Of a DNA stretch of 64,000 nucleotides, positions 22,312-34,695 are shown piece by piece. The notes beneath the pieces are model-generated. The model saw only the letters and a list, made by a program, of their open reading frames with translations, searched no databases and was not told the origin of the DNA. A program made the position numbers and the translations under genes. Every line of letters starts with the position of its first letter. Positions within the stretch are counted from its first letter, which is position 1. Source of the stretch: Scyliorhinus canicula (lineage: Eukaryota); NCBI RefSeq assembly GCF_902713615.1, contig NW_024055744.1, positions 679,881 to 743,880 of the forward strand. Reading direction: 5' to 3'.

Positions 22312-22530
22312 GGGGGTCGGTCAGCTCAGTTGGCCGGACGGCTGGTTCGTGATGCAGAGCAAGGCCAACAGTGAGGATTCAACTCCCGTACTGGCTGAGT
22401 TTATTCATGAATAAACTTCTCAACCAGGCCCCTCGCCTGTGATGTGCTGACCCTCGGGTTAAATCACCTCCAGTCAGCTCTCTCTCTGCCAATGGCGAGA
22501 GCAGCCTATGGTCCTCTGGGAATTTTGTGA
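22312..22530 (+). mobile_element. tRNA-derived SINE (family of 6278-6475)
   Basis: Colinear with the SINE upstream of CH1. Confidence 0.7.
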
Positions 22531-22584
22531 CTTTTATTTCACATATATACAACAAATATAGATTCCTTTAAAGAATAAAAATAC

Positions 22585-24290
22585 AACAGGAAAAGTGATG
22601 CAACCGTGGCTAACAAGAAAAGTTAAAGATTCCATGAGATCCATTAGAATTCAGCAAAGGAGGATCAAGAAACTTGAGAGCAAACTGGTGAGAAACATAA
22701 AAACCGACTGGAAAAGCTTTGACAGGAATGTGAAAAGGAAAAGATTAGCAAAGACCAATGTGGGTCCATTCCAGGCAGAGACAGGAGAGTTTATAATGGG
22801 GAGTAAGGAAATGACAGAGAAACTAAACAATGTGTGTCTGTCTTTACGGAGGAAGATGCAAAAATTTCCCCCAAACCCTAGAGACCCAAGGGGCTCGTGA
22901 GCACAAGGAACAGTAAGAGATGAGAATTAGTGAAAAAGTAGTCCTGGAGAAATTAATGGGGTTGGAAGTGAATAAATCCCCAAAAGCTGATCTACATCCC
23001 AGAGTGTTGAACAAGATGGCTTTCCTCATTCTAAATTCTCCTGACTCTATCTGTAACGGACAAACGTTTCCTTTTTACGTGCAAATAGAAACCTTTACCA
23101 CCGTCCATTTTTATGTAGTTTGCTGGTTCACATTCATATTCTATTCTCCCTCGCTTTCTCGGTGTCTTGGTCCTTTGCTCTATTATAAAATCGTCCCAAT
23201 CCTCAGGTTTATTCCTATTTCTGATAATATTATCGGCCTTTTCTTTCAATCTTTTACAAAACTTCACTCCTAGGGGCTGGTTTAGCTCACTGAGCTAAAT
23301 CGCTGGCTTTTAAAGCAGGCCAGCAGCACGGTTCGATTCCCGTACCAGCCTCCCCGGACAGGCGCCGGAATGTGGCGACTAGGGGCTTTTCACAGTAACT
23401 TCATTGAAGCCTACTCGTGACAATATGCGATTTTCATTTCATTTCCCTCTGGTAGTCACGGTTCTCTGACCTTTTGGGGTTCTTGTGCCTTGAAGGAATG
23501 TAAACTGTGTAATAATTATTGAAAGTCTATCCATTGCCTGTGGACTGTCACACCTTTTAATTTACTTACCCCAATCCACCTCAGCTAATTTATCCCTTCT
23601 ACGTTCATAATTTCCTTCAAGCTTAGTATCCTGGCTTCGGATTGGAATACCTCAGATTCAATATTCTGGTCACTCATCCCTAAAGGTTGTTTTCAGCGCG
23701 ATTATCAATTAGCCCTTTATCATTGCATAATATTAGATCTGCAAAGCCTGTTCTCTAGTCGGTTCCTCAACTTACTGCTGTAGAAAACTGTCCCTAACAC
23801 ACCCAGAAACTTGTCCTCCACAGCATCAGTGCCCATTAGGTTTACCCAGTGTATATGCAAATTGAAGTCATCCATTACTGTTTTACCCATGCTACATGCT
23901 TCTCTAATCTCCGATTAATACCATGTCCCACACAACCCCTACTGTTTGGTGGCCTATAACAGCTCTTACCAATGTTTCCTGCCCCATGCTGTTTCTTGGC
24001 TCCATCCAAACATATTCCAGGTTTTGTATTCCTGATCTGAGATCCACCCTTACTAATGTTCTGATGCCGTCCCTTATTATCCGAGCAACACCACCTCCTT
24101 TTCCTTTTTGCCTGCATCATCAGCAAACTAAGTGAGCATACCTTTGGTCCCATCATCAAAGTCATTGATATAAATTGTAAAACGTTGAGGCTCCAGCACT
24201 GATCCCTGTGACACATCACTCATTACACCTTGCCAACCAGAAAATTGCCTATTTATGCCTACTCTCAGTTTTCTGGCAGCTGGCTAATCT
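22585..24290. mobile_element. Mosaic of CR1 ORF2 fragments (+ 22585-23030; - ~23480-24290) with a SINE B copy
   Basis: Motifs PWLTRKVKD, KLVRNIKTDWKSF and VNKSPKADLHPRVL on +. ISDVSQGSVLEPQRFTIYINDFDDGTK-like RT motif on -. Confidence 0.7.
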
Positions 24291-24789
24291 TTCACTGTGA
24301 AAGACAGTTCTGGGATTAAAGGCTGCCTGACTGTGAAAAGAACGGAAGTAAATCCTCGGGAATGACTCATTAATTAGGACTGGTTCTGAGATAATTCAGT
24401 TTCGACTTGCAGGGCAGAGTAACCATAATTGTACAGTTCGAATTTAGATTGCGTAACTTTAGTACAGTAACACAGTGGTAAGCACTGTTGCTTCACAACG
24501 CCAGGGTCCCAGGTTAGATTCCCACTTGGGTCACTGTTGTACAGTCTGCACGTTCTCCCCGTGTCTGGGTAGGTTTCCTCCGGATGCTCCGGTTTCCTCC
24601 CAAAAGATGTGCTTGTTAGATGAATTTGGCGTCCTGAATTCTCCCTCTGAGTACCCGAACAGGCGCTGGACTGTGGCGACTCAGGGATTTTCACAGTAAC
24701 ATTGCAGTGTTAATGTCAGCCTACTTGTGAAAATAATTAAGATTATTATTAAAAAAGAGCAAAGTTCTGTGTGTAGGTTAAAATATCTT

Positions 24790-25136
24790 CTAGTTTGTTT
24801 GAAACATAGACTTTACAGTGCAGAAGGAGGCCATTCGGCCCATCGAGTCTGCCCCGGTACCGGCTCTTTTAAAGAGCACGCGACCCAATCCCACCTTCCA
24901 CCCATAACCCAGTAGCCCAACCCAACACTAAGGGCAATTTTGGACACTAAGGTACATGACCAGTCCACCTAACCCGCACATCTTTGGACTGTGGGAGGAA
25001 ACAGGAGCACCCGGAGGAAACCCACGCACACACGGGGAGGATGTGCAGACTCCGCACAGACAGTGATCCAGCCGGGAACCGAAACTGGGACCCTGGAGCT
25101 GTGAAGCAGTTGTGCTAACCACCATGCTACCGTCCA
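24790..25136 (-). mobile_element. HE1-type SINE directly downstream of the tRNA
   Basis: Full body and CR1-derived tail on the minus strand. Confidence 0.8.
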
Positions 25137-25142
25137 GCCCAT

Positions 25143-25146
25143 AAAA
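25143..25146 (-). terminator. Pol III T4 terminator of tRNA-Arg
   Basis: AAAA on + at 25143-25146. Confidence 0.6.
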
Positions 25147-25156
25147 GTTTGAACAC

Positions 25157-25229
25157 CGAGCCAGCCAGGAATCGAACCTCGAATCTCCTGATTCGTAGTC
25201 AGACGCATTATCCATTGCGCCACTGGCCC
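25157..25229 (-). tRNA. trnR-ACG: tRNA-Arg(ACG), variant or possible pseudogene
   Basis: 73 nt: GGGCCAGTGGCGCAATGGATAATGCGTCTGACTACGAATCAGGAGATTCGAGGTTCGATTCCTGGCTGGCTCG. The acceptor stem is intact, the anticodon is ACG, no CCA is encoded, and TTTT follows 10 nt downstream. There is a G50-G64 T-stem mismatch. Confidence 0.85.
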
Positions 25230-25579
25230 ACATGTAACAGTTTGATGCATTAAAAGTCATAAAGCCTAACGGTCCATTGTGTGATTCTTTCATTTGTTGA
25301 CTGGGAATTCAATTTATTTTAAAGAAGTTGCTGACATTTATGGAAGTCCTAATCCACAAAATGTTACTTCGGATTTGAGCATCGGGTACCGTTCTGTTTC
25401 TATTGCTCATGTCAAAGGCAGCCAGGTGATGGAGCTGAGGGCTGAATTTAGCTGAGAATGAAGGGGCCTGTTCACTAATAGACGGGAAGGTATTGGAGGC
25501 CTGACTTGTGAAATGGACCTCCAACTAATCAGGGGTGGGGTAAGCCTACTTGTGGCAATAAAGATTATTATTATAAATG

Positions 25580-26370
25580 CTTTGCTACAAAATCTTTGGC
25601 AATGGATTCTAGACTTTCCCCCACTACCGATGTCAGGCTTATTGGTCGATAATTCCGTTTTCTCTTTGTATCCCTTTTTAAACAGTGGAATTACATAAAC
25701 CACCCTCCAATCTGCAGGAATTGTTCCAGGGTCTATAGAATCCTGGAAGATGACCACCAATGCATCCACTATTTCTCGAGCCACTTTTTTAAGTACTTTG
25801 GGATGCAGATTGTCAGGCCCTGGGGATTTATCAGCCTTCAATCCCATCAATGTCCCCAACACCATTTCTTTACTAATATTGATCTCCTTCAGTTCCTCCC
25901 TCTCACTAAATCCTGCGTTCCCCAACATTTCTCTATCTGATTTGTGGCTTCATTTGTGAAGACAGAACCAAAGTATGTATTTATTTTCTCAGCCATTTCT
26001 TTGTCCCTATTATACATTCCCGTTTCTGACTGAAAGGAACCTACATTTGTCTTCACCAATCGTTTTCTCTTCACACACCTACAGAAAATTTTAGTATCAT
26101 CCTAATTTCCTGTTTTGTGCCATTCCCAACATCACCACTGCAGTTTGGGGATCTATATACGATGCTCACAAATCTTTTTGCCTCTTGGTGTTTCTCAGCT
26201 CTCCCCATACAGATTCCACATTGTCAGAGCTAATATCCTTCCTCACTATTGCATTAATTTCCTCTTTAACCAGCACTGCCACTCCACTGCCTTTCCCGTT
26301 TTGGCTGTCCTTCCCAAATGCTGAATATATTCAGTTCCCATCCCTGGTCATCCTGCAGCCATGTATCCAT
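25580..26370 (-). mobile_element. CR1-type LINE ORF2 fragment
   Basis: KADKSPGPDNLHPKVLKKVA...IPADWRVVYVIPLFKKG in ORF 25407-25928. Confidence 0.85.
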
Positions 26371-26689
26371 AATCCCGATTATAGGACTGAGTTTAGGAGG
26401 AACATCGTCACCCAAAGGGTTGTGAATCTATGGAATTCATTGCCCAGTGAAACAGTTGAGGCTCCTTCGTTAAATGGTTTTAAGATAACGATAGATAGTT
26501 TTTTGAAGAATAAAGCAATTAAGGGTTATGGTGCTCGGGCCGGAAAGTGGAACTGAGTCCACAAAAGATCAACCATGATCTGATTGAATGGCGGAGCAGG
26601 CTCGAGGGGCCAGATGACCTGCTCCTAGTTCTTATGTTCTTATATCACACCTGTTCACGTATATTTGTGCAATTCACTTGATTATGCCA

Positions 26690-27270
26690 TCTGCAGTCAC
26701 ACCAGGGAGTTCATACTGGGGAGAGGCCATTCACCTGCCCTCAATGTGTGAAGAGATTTAGTCATTCATCGCACTTTCTGAGACACCAACAAATTCACAA
26801 CTGATTACAGGGATTGGATTCTGCTATTATTGTTTCTGTTCCCAATTACATCCAGGACTGCATTTTGTTCATTCTGTTGGTCAATGGGGATGGTCAGAGG
26901 GTTTCTTTCTGCAGGACTGGCCAGCCTCACGGCTTTGGCTCCAGTGGGCTGATTCTCTCTGAGCTTTCTTGCAAATATCTGATTTTACATTTCACAAGGA
27001 TCAAAGAGTGAAAGGGTGTTTGGAGGTTAGAAGATGTTTCATTACCATTTCTGTTTGGAAACTCCCGAAATCATGCCACATTGCCATGAAGATGGGCTAT
27101 GGTGGTTACATGGTTCTTTTGTATAATTAATCTTGGTGCTTCTCACAGAATAAAACTATCAGGTTATGATGGGCAAGATATCTGAGGTGCACTGGGAAAC
27201 TACATTAAATAGTATGGTGGGAGGCAGGCAATCACTGATATTTGAGGAATTATTACAGATTTACACGGGG
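26690..27270 (+). pseudogene. ZNF 3' remnant (last finger plus 3' UTR), duplicate of ~21800-22320
   Basis: CATACTGGGGAGAGGCCATTCACCTGC, then ~550 bp colinear with the 3' UTR of the 21031 gene. Confidence 0.8.
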
Positions 27271-27286
27271 ATCGGTTAGGTCAGTT

Positions 27287-27488
27287 TCTTTTTATGTTAT
27301 AATTTTAGAGTACCCAATTCATTATTTCCAATTTACCTACCCTGCACATCTTTGGGTTGTGGGGGCAAAACCCACACAAACACGGGGAGAATGTGCCAAC
27401 TCCACATGGACAGTGACGCAGAGCTGGGATCTCGGGACCTCGGAGCCGTGAGGCAGCAGTGCTACCCACTGTGCCACTGTGCTGCTCT
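27287..27488 (-). mobile_element. HE1-type SINE with a 15-bp TSD, nested in another SINE
   Basis: TCGGTTAGGTCAGTT is duplicated at 27272-27286 and 27489-27503. Confidence 0.9.
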
Positions 27489-28279
27489 TCGGTTAGGTCA
27501 GTTGACTGGATGTCTGGTCCGTGCTGAGTGACACCAACAGCACAGGTTAAATTCCCATACCGGCTGAGGTTAGCCATGGTCTGTGTCAGTATTTATGCTC
27601 CACATGATCCTCCACCCACCCCTCTATAACCCCCCCCCCCCCCCCCCATCAGCATCTCCTATTCTTTTTCCCTCATGTGTCCCTCATGTATGTATCTAGC
27701 TTTATGTTCAGTGTATTCATGCTATTCACCTCAACCACTCGCTGTGGTAACGAGTTCCACATTCCCACCACACTCTGGGTAAAGAGGTTTCTACTGACCT
27801 TCCTATTGGATTATTGAATTTCTTCATAATCTTAAAGATTTCCATTAGGTCACCCATCAGTCTTCTCTTTTCCAGAAAAAAGCAGCCCCAGCCTTTCCTG
27901 AGTGTTAAATGCTGTCAGTATATTATGAATCTTTGTTGCACCTTATCCAGTGCCTCTCCTTTTTGTGAATGGAGATCAACAATGTTGAAAGTGCTCCCAG
28001 TGTAGTCTAACATGGGCTTATCAATTCTACCCTTTAGAACAGAAACCTATATATGGGTCCCACACTTTGGGAAAGATGTGAAGTTCTTAGAGAGGGGTAG
28101 AGGACATTTACGAGAAAGGCACCAGAGATGAGGGACTCCAGTTGGAGTGACTGGAGCAGCTGAAATTCTCTCCTGAGATCACAGCATGTGGAGGGTGGGG
28201 AATGGGGCCATTCAGCCCTTTGGGACCATGTCAGCTCTCTGTTTAGGAAGCCAGTCTGTCCATTGCCCCATTCTGTCTC

Positions 28280-28742
28280 CGAATCCCTGTGGGTTTATTT
28301 CTCTGCGTGCCTGTCCAATCCCTGTGGGTTTATTTCTCTGCGTGCCTGTCCAATCCCTGTGGGTTTATTTCTCTGTGTGCCTGTCCAATCCCTGTGGGTT
28401 TATTTCTCTGCGTGCCTGTCCAATCCCTGTGGGTTTATTTCTCTGTGTGCCTGTCCAATCGCTGTGGGTTTATTTCTCTGCGTGCCTGTCCAATCACTGT
28501 GGGTTTATTTCTCTGCGTGCCTGTCCAATCGCTGTGGGTTTATTTTTCTGTATGCCCCTCCAATCCCTGTGGGTTTATTTCTCTGCGATCCTGTCCAATC
28601 ACTGTGGGTTTATTTCTCTGTGTGCCTGTCCAATCGCTGTGGGATTATTTCTCTGCGTGCCTGTCCAATCCCTGTGGGTTTATTTCTCTGCGTGCCCCTC
28701 CAATCGCTGTGGGTTTATTTCTCTCAGTGCCCGTCCAATTTC
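28280..28742. repeat. 35-bp minisatellite (CCTGTGGGTTTATTTCTCTGCGTGCCTGTCCAATC)n, ~13 copies, inside a minus-strand CR1 3' end
   Basis: Period read directly; the flanks continue as CR1 3'-end sequence. Confidence 0.92.
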
Positions 28743-29111
28743 GTATTGAAATCCTTCTGTAATTTCTGCATCACCTACGCTCCTAGGCAGTAGGTTCCAG
28801 GTTGTTACCACTCCCTTTACATGTACACAAGGCTCCTAGAGCACTGAGAAGTCTAATTGGCCTATTTTCCCCGTGCCAGCTCTTTGTACAGCGACCCATT
28901 TAATCCCAGAGTTCGACTATTTTGGGTTTTTTTCAGAATGCATCAACTTCCCTTTTGGAAGTTACAATGCAATGAGATTCCAGCACCATTTATAGACAGT
29001 GCATTCTAAATCACAACAACTCGCTGTGTTTTACAACAAATAATTGTGCATATGGTGTGTCTGGAGTATCTCACAGTATCAAAATGGTGTCAACGCCTTG
29101 GTTATTACACA

Positions 29112-32100
29112 ATTTTTAAAAAAATTATTTTTATTCTCCTTTTTCACACTCTCTCCTGAATTTACACCCACCAACAATAAACAATAATCAGCAACAGATG
29201 GTCAATCCCATAACAATAACAACGATCCCATCCTCCCACCAACCCCCAAACATCAGCCCGCATGTTAACATAAACAAAGGACAAAAAAGAATTGGGGATT
29301 ATCCATAGTCATCCTTAATATCCACAGCCCCCCTCCCCCCCACCCATCCCCCCCCCACCCATCCCCCTCCCCCCCCCACCCATCCCCCTCCCCCCCCACC
29401 CATCCCCCCCAACTAATGTTCGATGTTATCCAGTTCTTGAAAGTGCACAATGAATAATGCCCATGACTTGTAGAACCCCTCTGAGCTTCCCCTCAGTTCA
29501 AACGTAACCTTCTCAAGGGTCAAGTATTCCAACAGGTCCCCCCCGCCACGCCAGGGCACAGGGTGGAGAGGCTGCTCTGCATCCCAGCAGGATCCACCTT
29601 CGGGCGATCAACGAGGCGAAGGCTACGATATCTGCCACCCATTTCCAACCCTGGCTGGTCTGACACTCCGAACATGGCCTCCCGAGGACCCAGGTCCAAT
29701 TTCAACACCTTGGAAATTACCCTAAAAACCTCCTTCCAGTACTCCTCCAGCTTTGGACAGGATCAAAACATCTGAATGTGATTAGCCCCTCCCCCCCCCC
29801 CCCCCCCCCCCATTCCCCCAACACTCACACACATATTCTACTTCAAAGAATCGGCTCATCCTCGCCCTCATGAGGTGCGCTCTGTACACCACCTTCAGCT
29901 GTATCAGCCCCAACCTCGTACACGAGGTGGAGGCATTCATTCTCCGGAGCACCTCACACCAGACCCCCTCCTCTATAACCTCTCCCAACTCTTCCTCCCA
30001 TTTTGCTTTGATCCCTGCCAGTGGTGCCTTATCGTCTTCCAAAATAGCTCCGTACACCGCTGACACTACCCCCTTCTCCAGTCCCCTTGTCGTCAGCACC
30101 TCCTCCAGCAATGTGGAGGCCAATTCCTCCGGGAAGCTCTGTATCTCCTTCCTGGCAAAATCTCGAACCTGCACGTATCTGAACATTTCTCCCTGCTCCA
30201 GCCCATACTTCGCTTCCAGCTCCCTCCTGCAAACCGACCCATAAGAAACAAATCTTTTAGCGTCTTAATCCCGTTCTCTTCCCATTTCCGAAAATTTGCA
30301 TCCCACTTCCCTGGCTCAAATCTGTGGTTCTCCCGAATCGGCATTTCCCTTGACCCTGCCCCCAACCCGAAGTGTTGGAGAAACTGCATCCAGATTTTCA
30401 ATGAAGCTATTATTACCGGATACCCTGAGTATTTCCCCGGAGCAATCGGGAGCGGCGCTGTTGCTAGTGCTTTTAGTCCCGACCCCCTGCACAAACTCTC
30501 CTCCACTCTGACCCACTGGGAATCAACCCCTCTGACCCAGCTCGGCACCTTCTCCACATTCGCCGCCCAGTAGTAGTACATCAGATTCGGGAGACCGAAA
30601 CCCCCTGCCTGCCTTCCCCTCTGCAGCGGCACCTTTCTAACTCTGGCCACCTTCCCTCCCCATATGAACGAGGTAATCCTTCCCTCAATCTCCCTGAAAA
30701 AAACCTTTGGGAGGCAAATCGGTAGGCATTGAAAAATAAACAGAAATCGCAGCAACATATTCATTTTAACCACCTGTACCCGACCCGCCAGCGACAGAGG
30801 GAGACCATCCCACCTCGCCAGGTCAGCTTTCACTCTCCCCACCAAACTAGTGATGTTGTACCTGCGAAGCCTCCCCCACTCCCGGGCAACCTGAACCCCC
30901 AGATACCCAAAGTGAGTCCCTTCCCTACGGAATTGCAGCCGCCCCCCCCCCCCCCCCCCCCCCGGCCGAGACACCACAGAATACTCACTCTTGTCCAGGT
31001 TCAGCTTGTACCCGAGAAAGACCCAAATACCCGCCAGTACCTTCGCCAATACTTTTGCGTCCATATTCAGAAGTGATATGGGCCTATACGACCCACACTC
31101 CGTCGGATCCTTATTTTTTTTAGCAACAGTGAAGTCAATGCCTGCCCCAAGGTTTGTGGCCACACCCCCCTCCCTATCGCCTCTTCAAACATCCCCACCA
31201 TCAGGGGTGCAAACTTATCCTTAAATTTTTTATAATATTCCACCGGAAACCGATCCGGCCCTGCCAGCTTCCCCGACTGCATCTCACGGTCTCCCTCGGG
31301 TGGCTGTGACCTGTGCAACCTCTCATAAAACTCAGAAACCTTGTTAATCAGCTCCGGGGCCACTACCAACTTCCCTGCCCTACCCCTCACCTAAAGAATT
31401 TCCCTTGCCGCTGCTTCCCTCCAGAGCTGACCTGCTAACAGCCTTATCTCCATGTTCATAAACTGCACCCCTTGCTCATCTCAGTTTGCACACCGCCTTC
31501 CTGGTGGATAGTCGGTCGAAGCTCACCTGTAGTTCCTTCCTCTTTTCCAGCTTCGCTGGGTCCCCATCTTCTGCATAACTCCTATCTGCCTCCAACATCT
31601 CATCTATTACCATCTGCTGCTCCAACCTCTCCTCTTTGTCCACCCTGGCCTTAAACAAAATTACCTCACCCCTCCCCACCGCCTTTGGAGCCTCCCAGAC
31701 AACTGCCTTCGACACTTCACCCGTACAGCTGAAACCTACATATTCCTTAATTACCTTTTCAATTTTCTCACAGAACACTTGGTTCCCCAAAAGCCCCACA
31801 TCCAGTTTCCACCCCGGCCTCTGCGCTACCCCCTTCCCCAGTATCATATCCACCCAATGCTGAGCATGATCTGACACTGCAATTGCCGAGTGTTCCGACC
31901 CCTTAACCCCAGCCAACAAAGCCTTCCCCACCACGAAAAACTCGATCCGCGAATGTACCTTATGGACTGCTGAGAAAAACGAGTTTTCCCGTTCCCTCGG
32001 GTGCAGAAACGTCCAAGGGTCCACCCCTCCCATTTCCTCCATTAGCCCAGCCAACGCCTTTGCACCCCCTGATGGGACCAGCGAGCGCGGCCGAGACCTG

Positions 32101-34565
32101 TCCAAACTTGGCTCCTGCACCAGGTTCCAGTCCCCCCCCCACAATCAGCTTGTGTGTGTCCAAGTCGGGAATGGCCCCAAACACCTTCCTCGCAAATCCC
32201 GCATTGTCCCAGTTGGGACCGTATACACTTAACAGCGCCACTAACCCCCCCTCCAGCGCCCCGGCCACAATCACATATCTACCCCCCTGATCTGCCACCA
32301 CCTTCTCCATCTGGAAGCGTACCCTTTTGCTGACCAACACCGCTACCCCTCGAGCCCTTCCATCAAATCCAGAGTGAAACACCTGACTAATCCAGCCCTT
32401 TTTAAGTCTCACCTGAGCCTTCAGACTCAAGTGAGTCTCCTGCAGCATTGCCACATCGGCTTTCAAACTTTTAAGATGCACAAGCACCCTTGACCGGATC
32501 TCCTAATCCCCTCATGTTCCACGTGTCTATCCTTACTGGGGGTCTCTCAACGCCCCCCCCCCCCCCCACTTCTTAACCACCATCACCATACCACCGGGCC
32601 CTGCCCCATGAGCATGACCCGCCCCTATCCATTATTAACATCGAATGCCTTCCCCCCCTCCCAAACCCCCCCAACATTTCCTCTCAAAAAAACATCTCGC
32701 AGCATCAATCCCTCCCCCACTCGCCTCGTAGGCCCATCGAAACCTGCCAACCAGGCTCCAATGTCCGCAGCCCTCCTCTCACCTCCGTTCACCAGCCGAC
32801 TTTCGTTAGCTAGCGCGGGGATATATCGTCCCCTCCCACCCAGTCCCAGAGCAAGAAAAAACAAAACCAACGATCCAACCCATACAATTCACTAAAATAA
32901 GATACAGTATAACCGTCGCAACACAGAATGCCAAACAACTCAACCAATAACTTGAACTCTGCAACAATGTGAAGAGAAGTAAATTACAATACACTTCAGT
33001 GAAATGAAAGTTATAGCATTTATACATTTTCCAGCTCACCAATCACAGTCCACAGTCTCTCTTCCAGCTCTCCTCTTCACGTCTGTCCCAAGCCTTCTGC
33101 CCTCACGAACGCCTCAGCCGCCTCCGCTGTCTCAAAATAAAAGTCTTTGGCATCATACGTCACCCTCAGCTTCGCCGGGTACACCATACCAAATTGCAGC
33201 CCCTTGTACAGCGCTGCCTTCACTCGCCTGAACGCCGCTCGTCTTTTTGCCAACTCCACTGTCAAGTCCTGGTAGATCCGAACTCAGGCAGAATCCCACT
33301 GCACCTCGCGCTTCTGTTTCGCCCAGCTTAACACCTTCTCCTTCATGCAGTACTTATGGAAGCAGATAATTACTGCTCTTTGCAGCTCATTCCCTTTGGG
33401 CTTCGGCCTTAATGACCGATGAGCTTGGTCCAGCTCGTACCGGGAGGGGTTCTCACCCTCCCTCATCAACTCTGCCAACCTCTTAGCGAAGTACTCTGTT
33501 GGCCTTGGGCCCTCTGTCCCTTCGGGCAAGCCCACAATTCTCAGACTGTGCCGTTTCGAGCGGTTCTCCAAGTCCTCGAGCTTTGCTTGGAGTCCTCTGT
33601 TGACCTCCACCACCCTCCGCAGCTCGTCCCCCATCGAGGTGACCTGGTCGCTGTGCTGCGACAGGGCCTCCTCCACTTTCTTCATCTTCTTGCCCTGCTC
33701 TCTCACCTCAGCCGATGTCTTTGCCACAGCCACCCTCACCGGGGCGATTGCCTCCTCCACCAATGACTTCAACGCCATGTCCTTCCTCAAAGCCTCCATG
33801 TGCCTCACAAACAGCTTTTCCAGCTCCACCGCCGTCACCTCGGTCATTTTCATCACCATAAGTAGTGCGGCCCCACCATGTGGTCCGGCCTCCGCCATCT
33901 TGTCAGCACTTTTGCTCGTCTTCACATTCAACGGTGAGCCACCCTTCCTCAACGCTGCTTTTCGCATCCTTTAACAGATTATTATTTTTCCTTTTTTTTT
34001 TCCACCCTTCTTTCCTTCTTCAATCCTCTTTTTTTTTTTTTAAATAGAAAAAACATGAAATTTTTCTTCTTTCAAAAAAAACAGGGGGAAAAAACTTTAA
34101 CCACATTTCTTTAAAACTTTTTTCTCTTCTTTTTTGTTTTCCTCCAGAATTTCCCTGGGACCGGGCTTCAGTCTTGTTTCCATATTCGAGGCGGGAGCGA
34201 TCCGATGTGGGAAATCTCACCTACATTACACCCTGGCTTCGGGCCTGCCGCCTCGGCCCCACTTTGGCTCCGCCCCGCTGCTCCTTTCAAATTTTCAGGT
34301 CCGGCTTTCAGGTTGACCCACTCCTCCTCCACATGCAGCCGCTCCGCCGAACCCACCAGGACCAGTCTCTTCCCCCCTCACCCTTCCAACCCGCCGGCTT
34401 CGTGAAACGGAGCTTTGACGCTTGGGCGAGGGAGGCACGGCCGCCCTGGAGAAGTTTAATTTTTTTTTAAACAGCGGGAAGCCCCCCGAAAAAGACCACG
34501 ATATCGTGGACCGGCAGGAGCTTCTCCTCAACGCAGCCGCTCCACTGACAAACGCCACCGGAAGA
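29112..34565 (-). mobile_element. L1-clade LINE #1, 5'-complete but decayed and internally deleted
   Basis: 5' end TCTTCCGGTGGCG at ~34565. ORF1 33077-33967 has one frameshift (LEDLENRSKRHSLRIVGLPEG). ORF2 ~29413-32540 has APE motifs (LQETH, GGDWN, SDHA) and a partial RT. It has a G-rich 3' UTR and AATAAA plus A tail at ~29112-29135. Confidence 0.92.
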
Positions 34566-34695
34566 CAATTTATTTGACTTTTAGCCAGAATATTAGCCTC
34601 TGTAAATGGGCTGGAGTTTGTTATCAGCAGAAAGAGACCCAAATGAACATGGTTCAGTCCTGAATGTGAGGAACAGCAAAATCCAATCACGGTGA

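Noticed and set aside
28186-28793. Cys-rich ORFs of 157-201 aa in three frames
   Set aside because: They are translations of the 35-bp minisatellite.
23855-30301. Perfect octamers at 23855 and 30294 as 3' Ig enhancers
   Set aside because: Both lie inside LINE coding remnants, and their number matches chance expectation.
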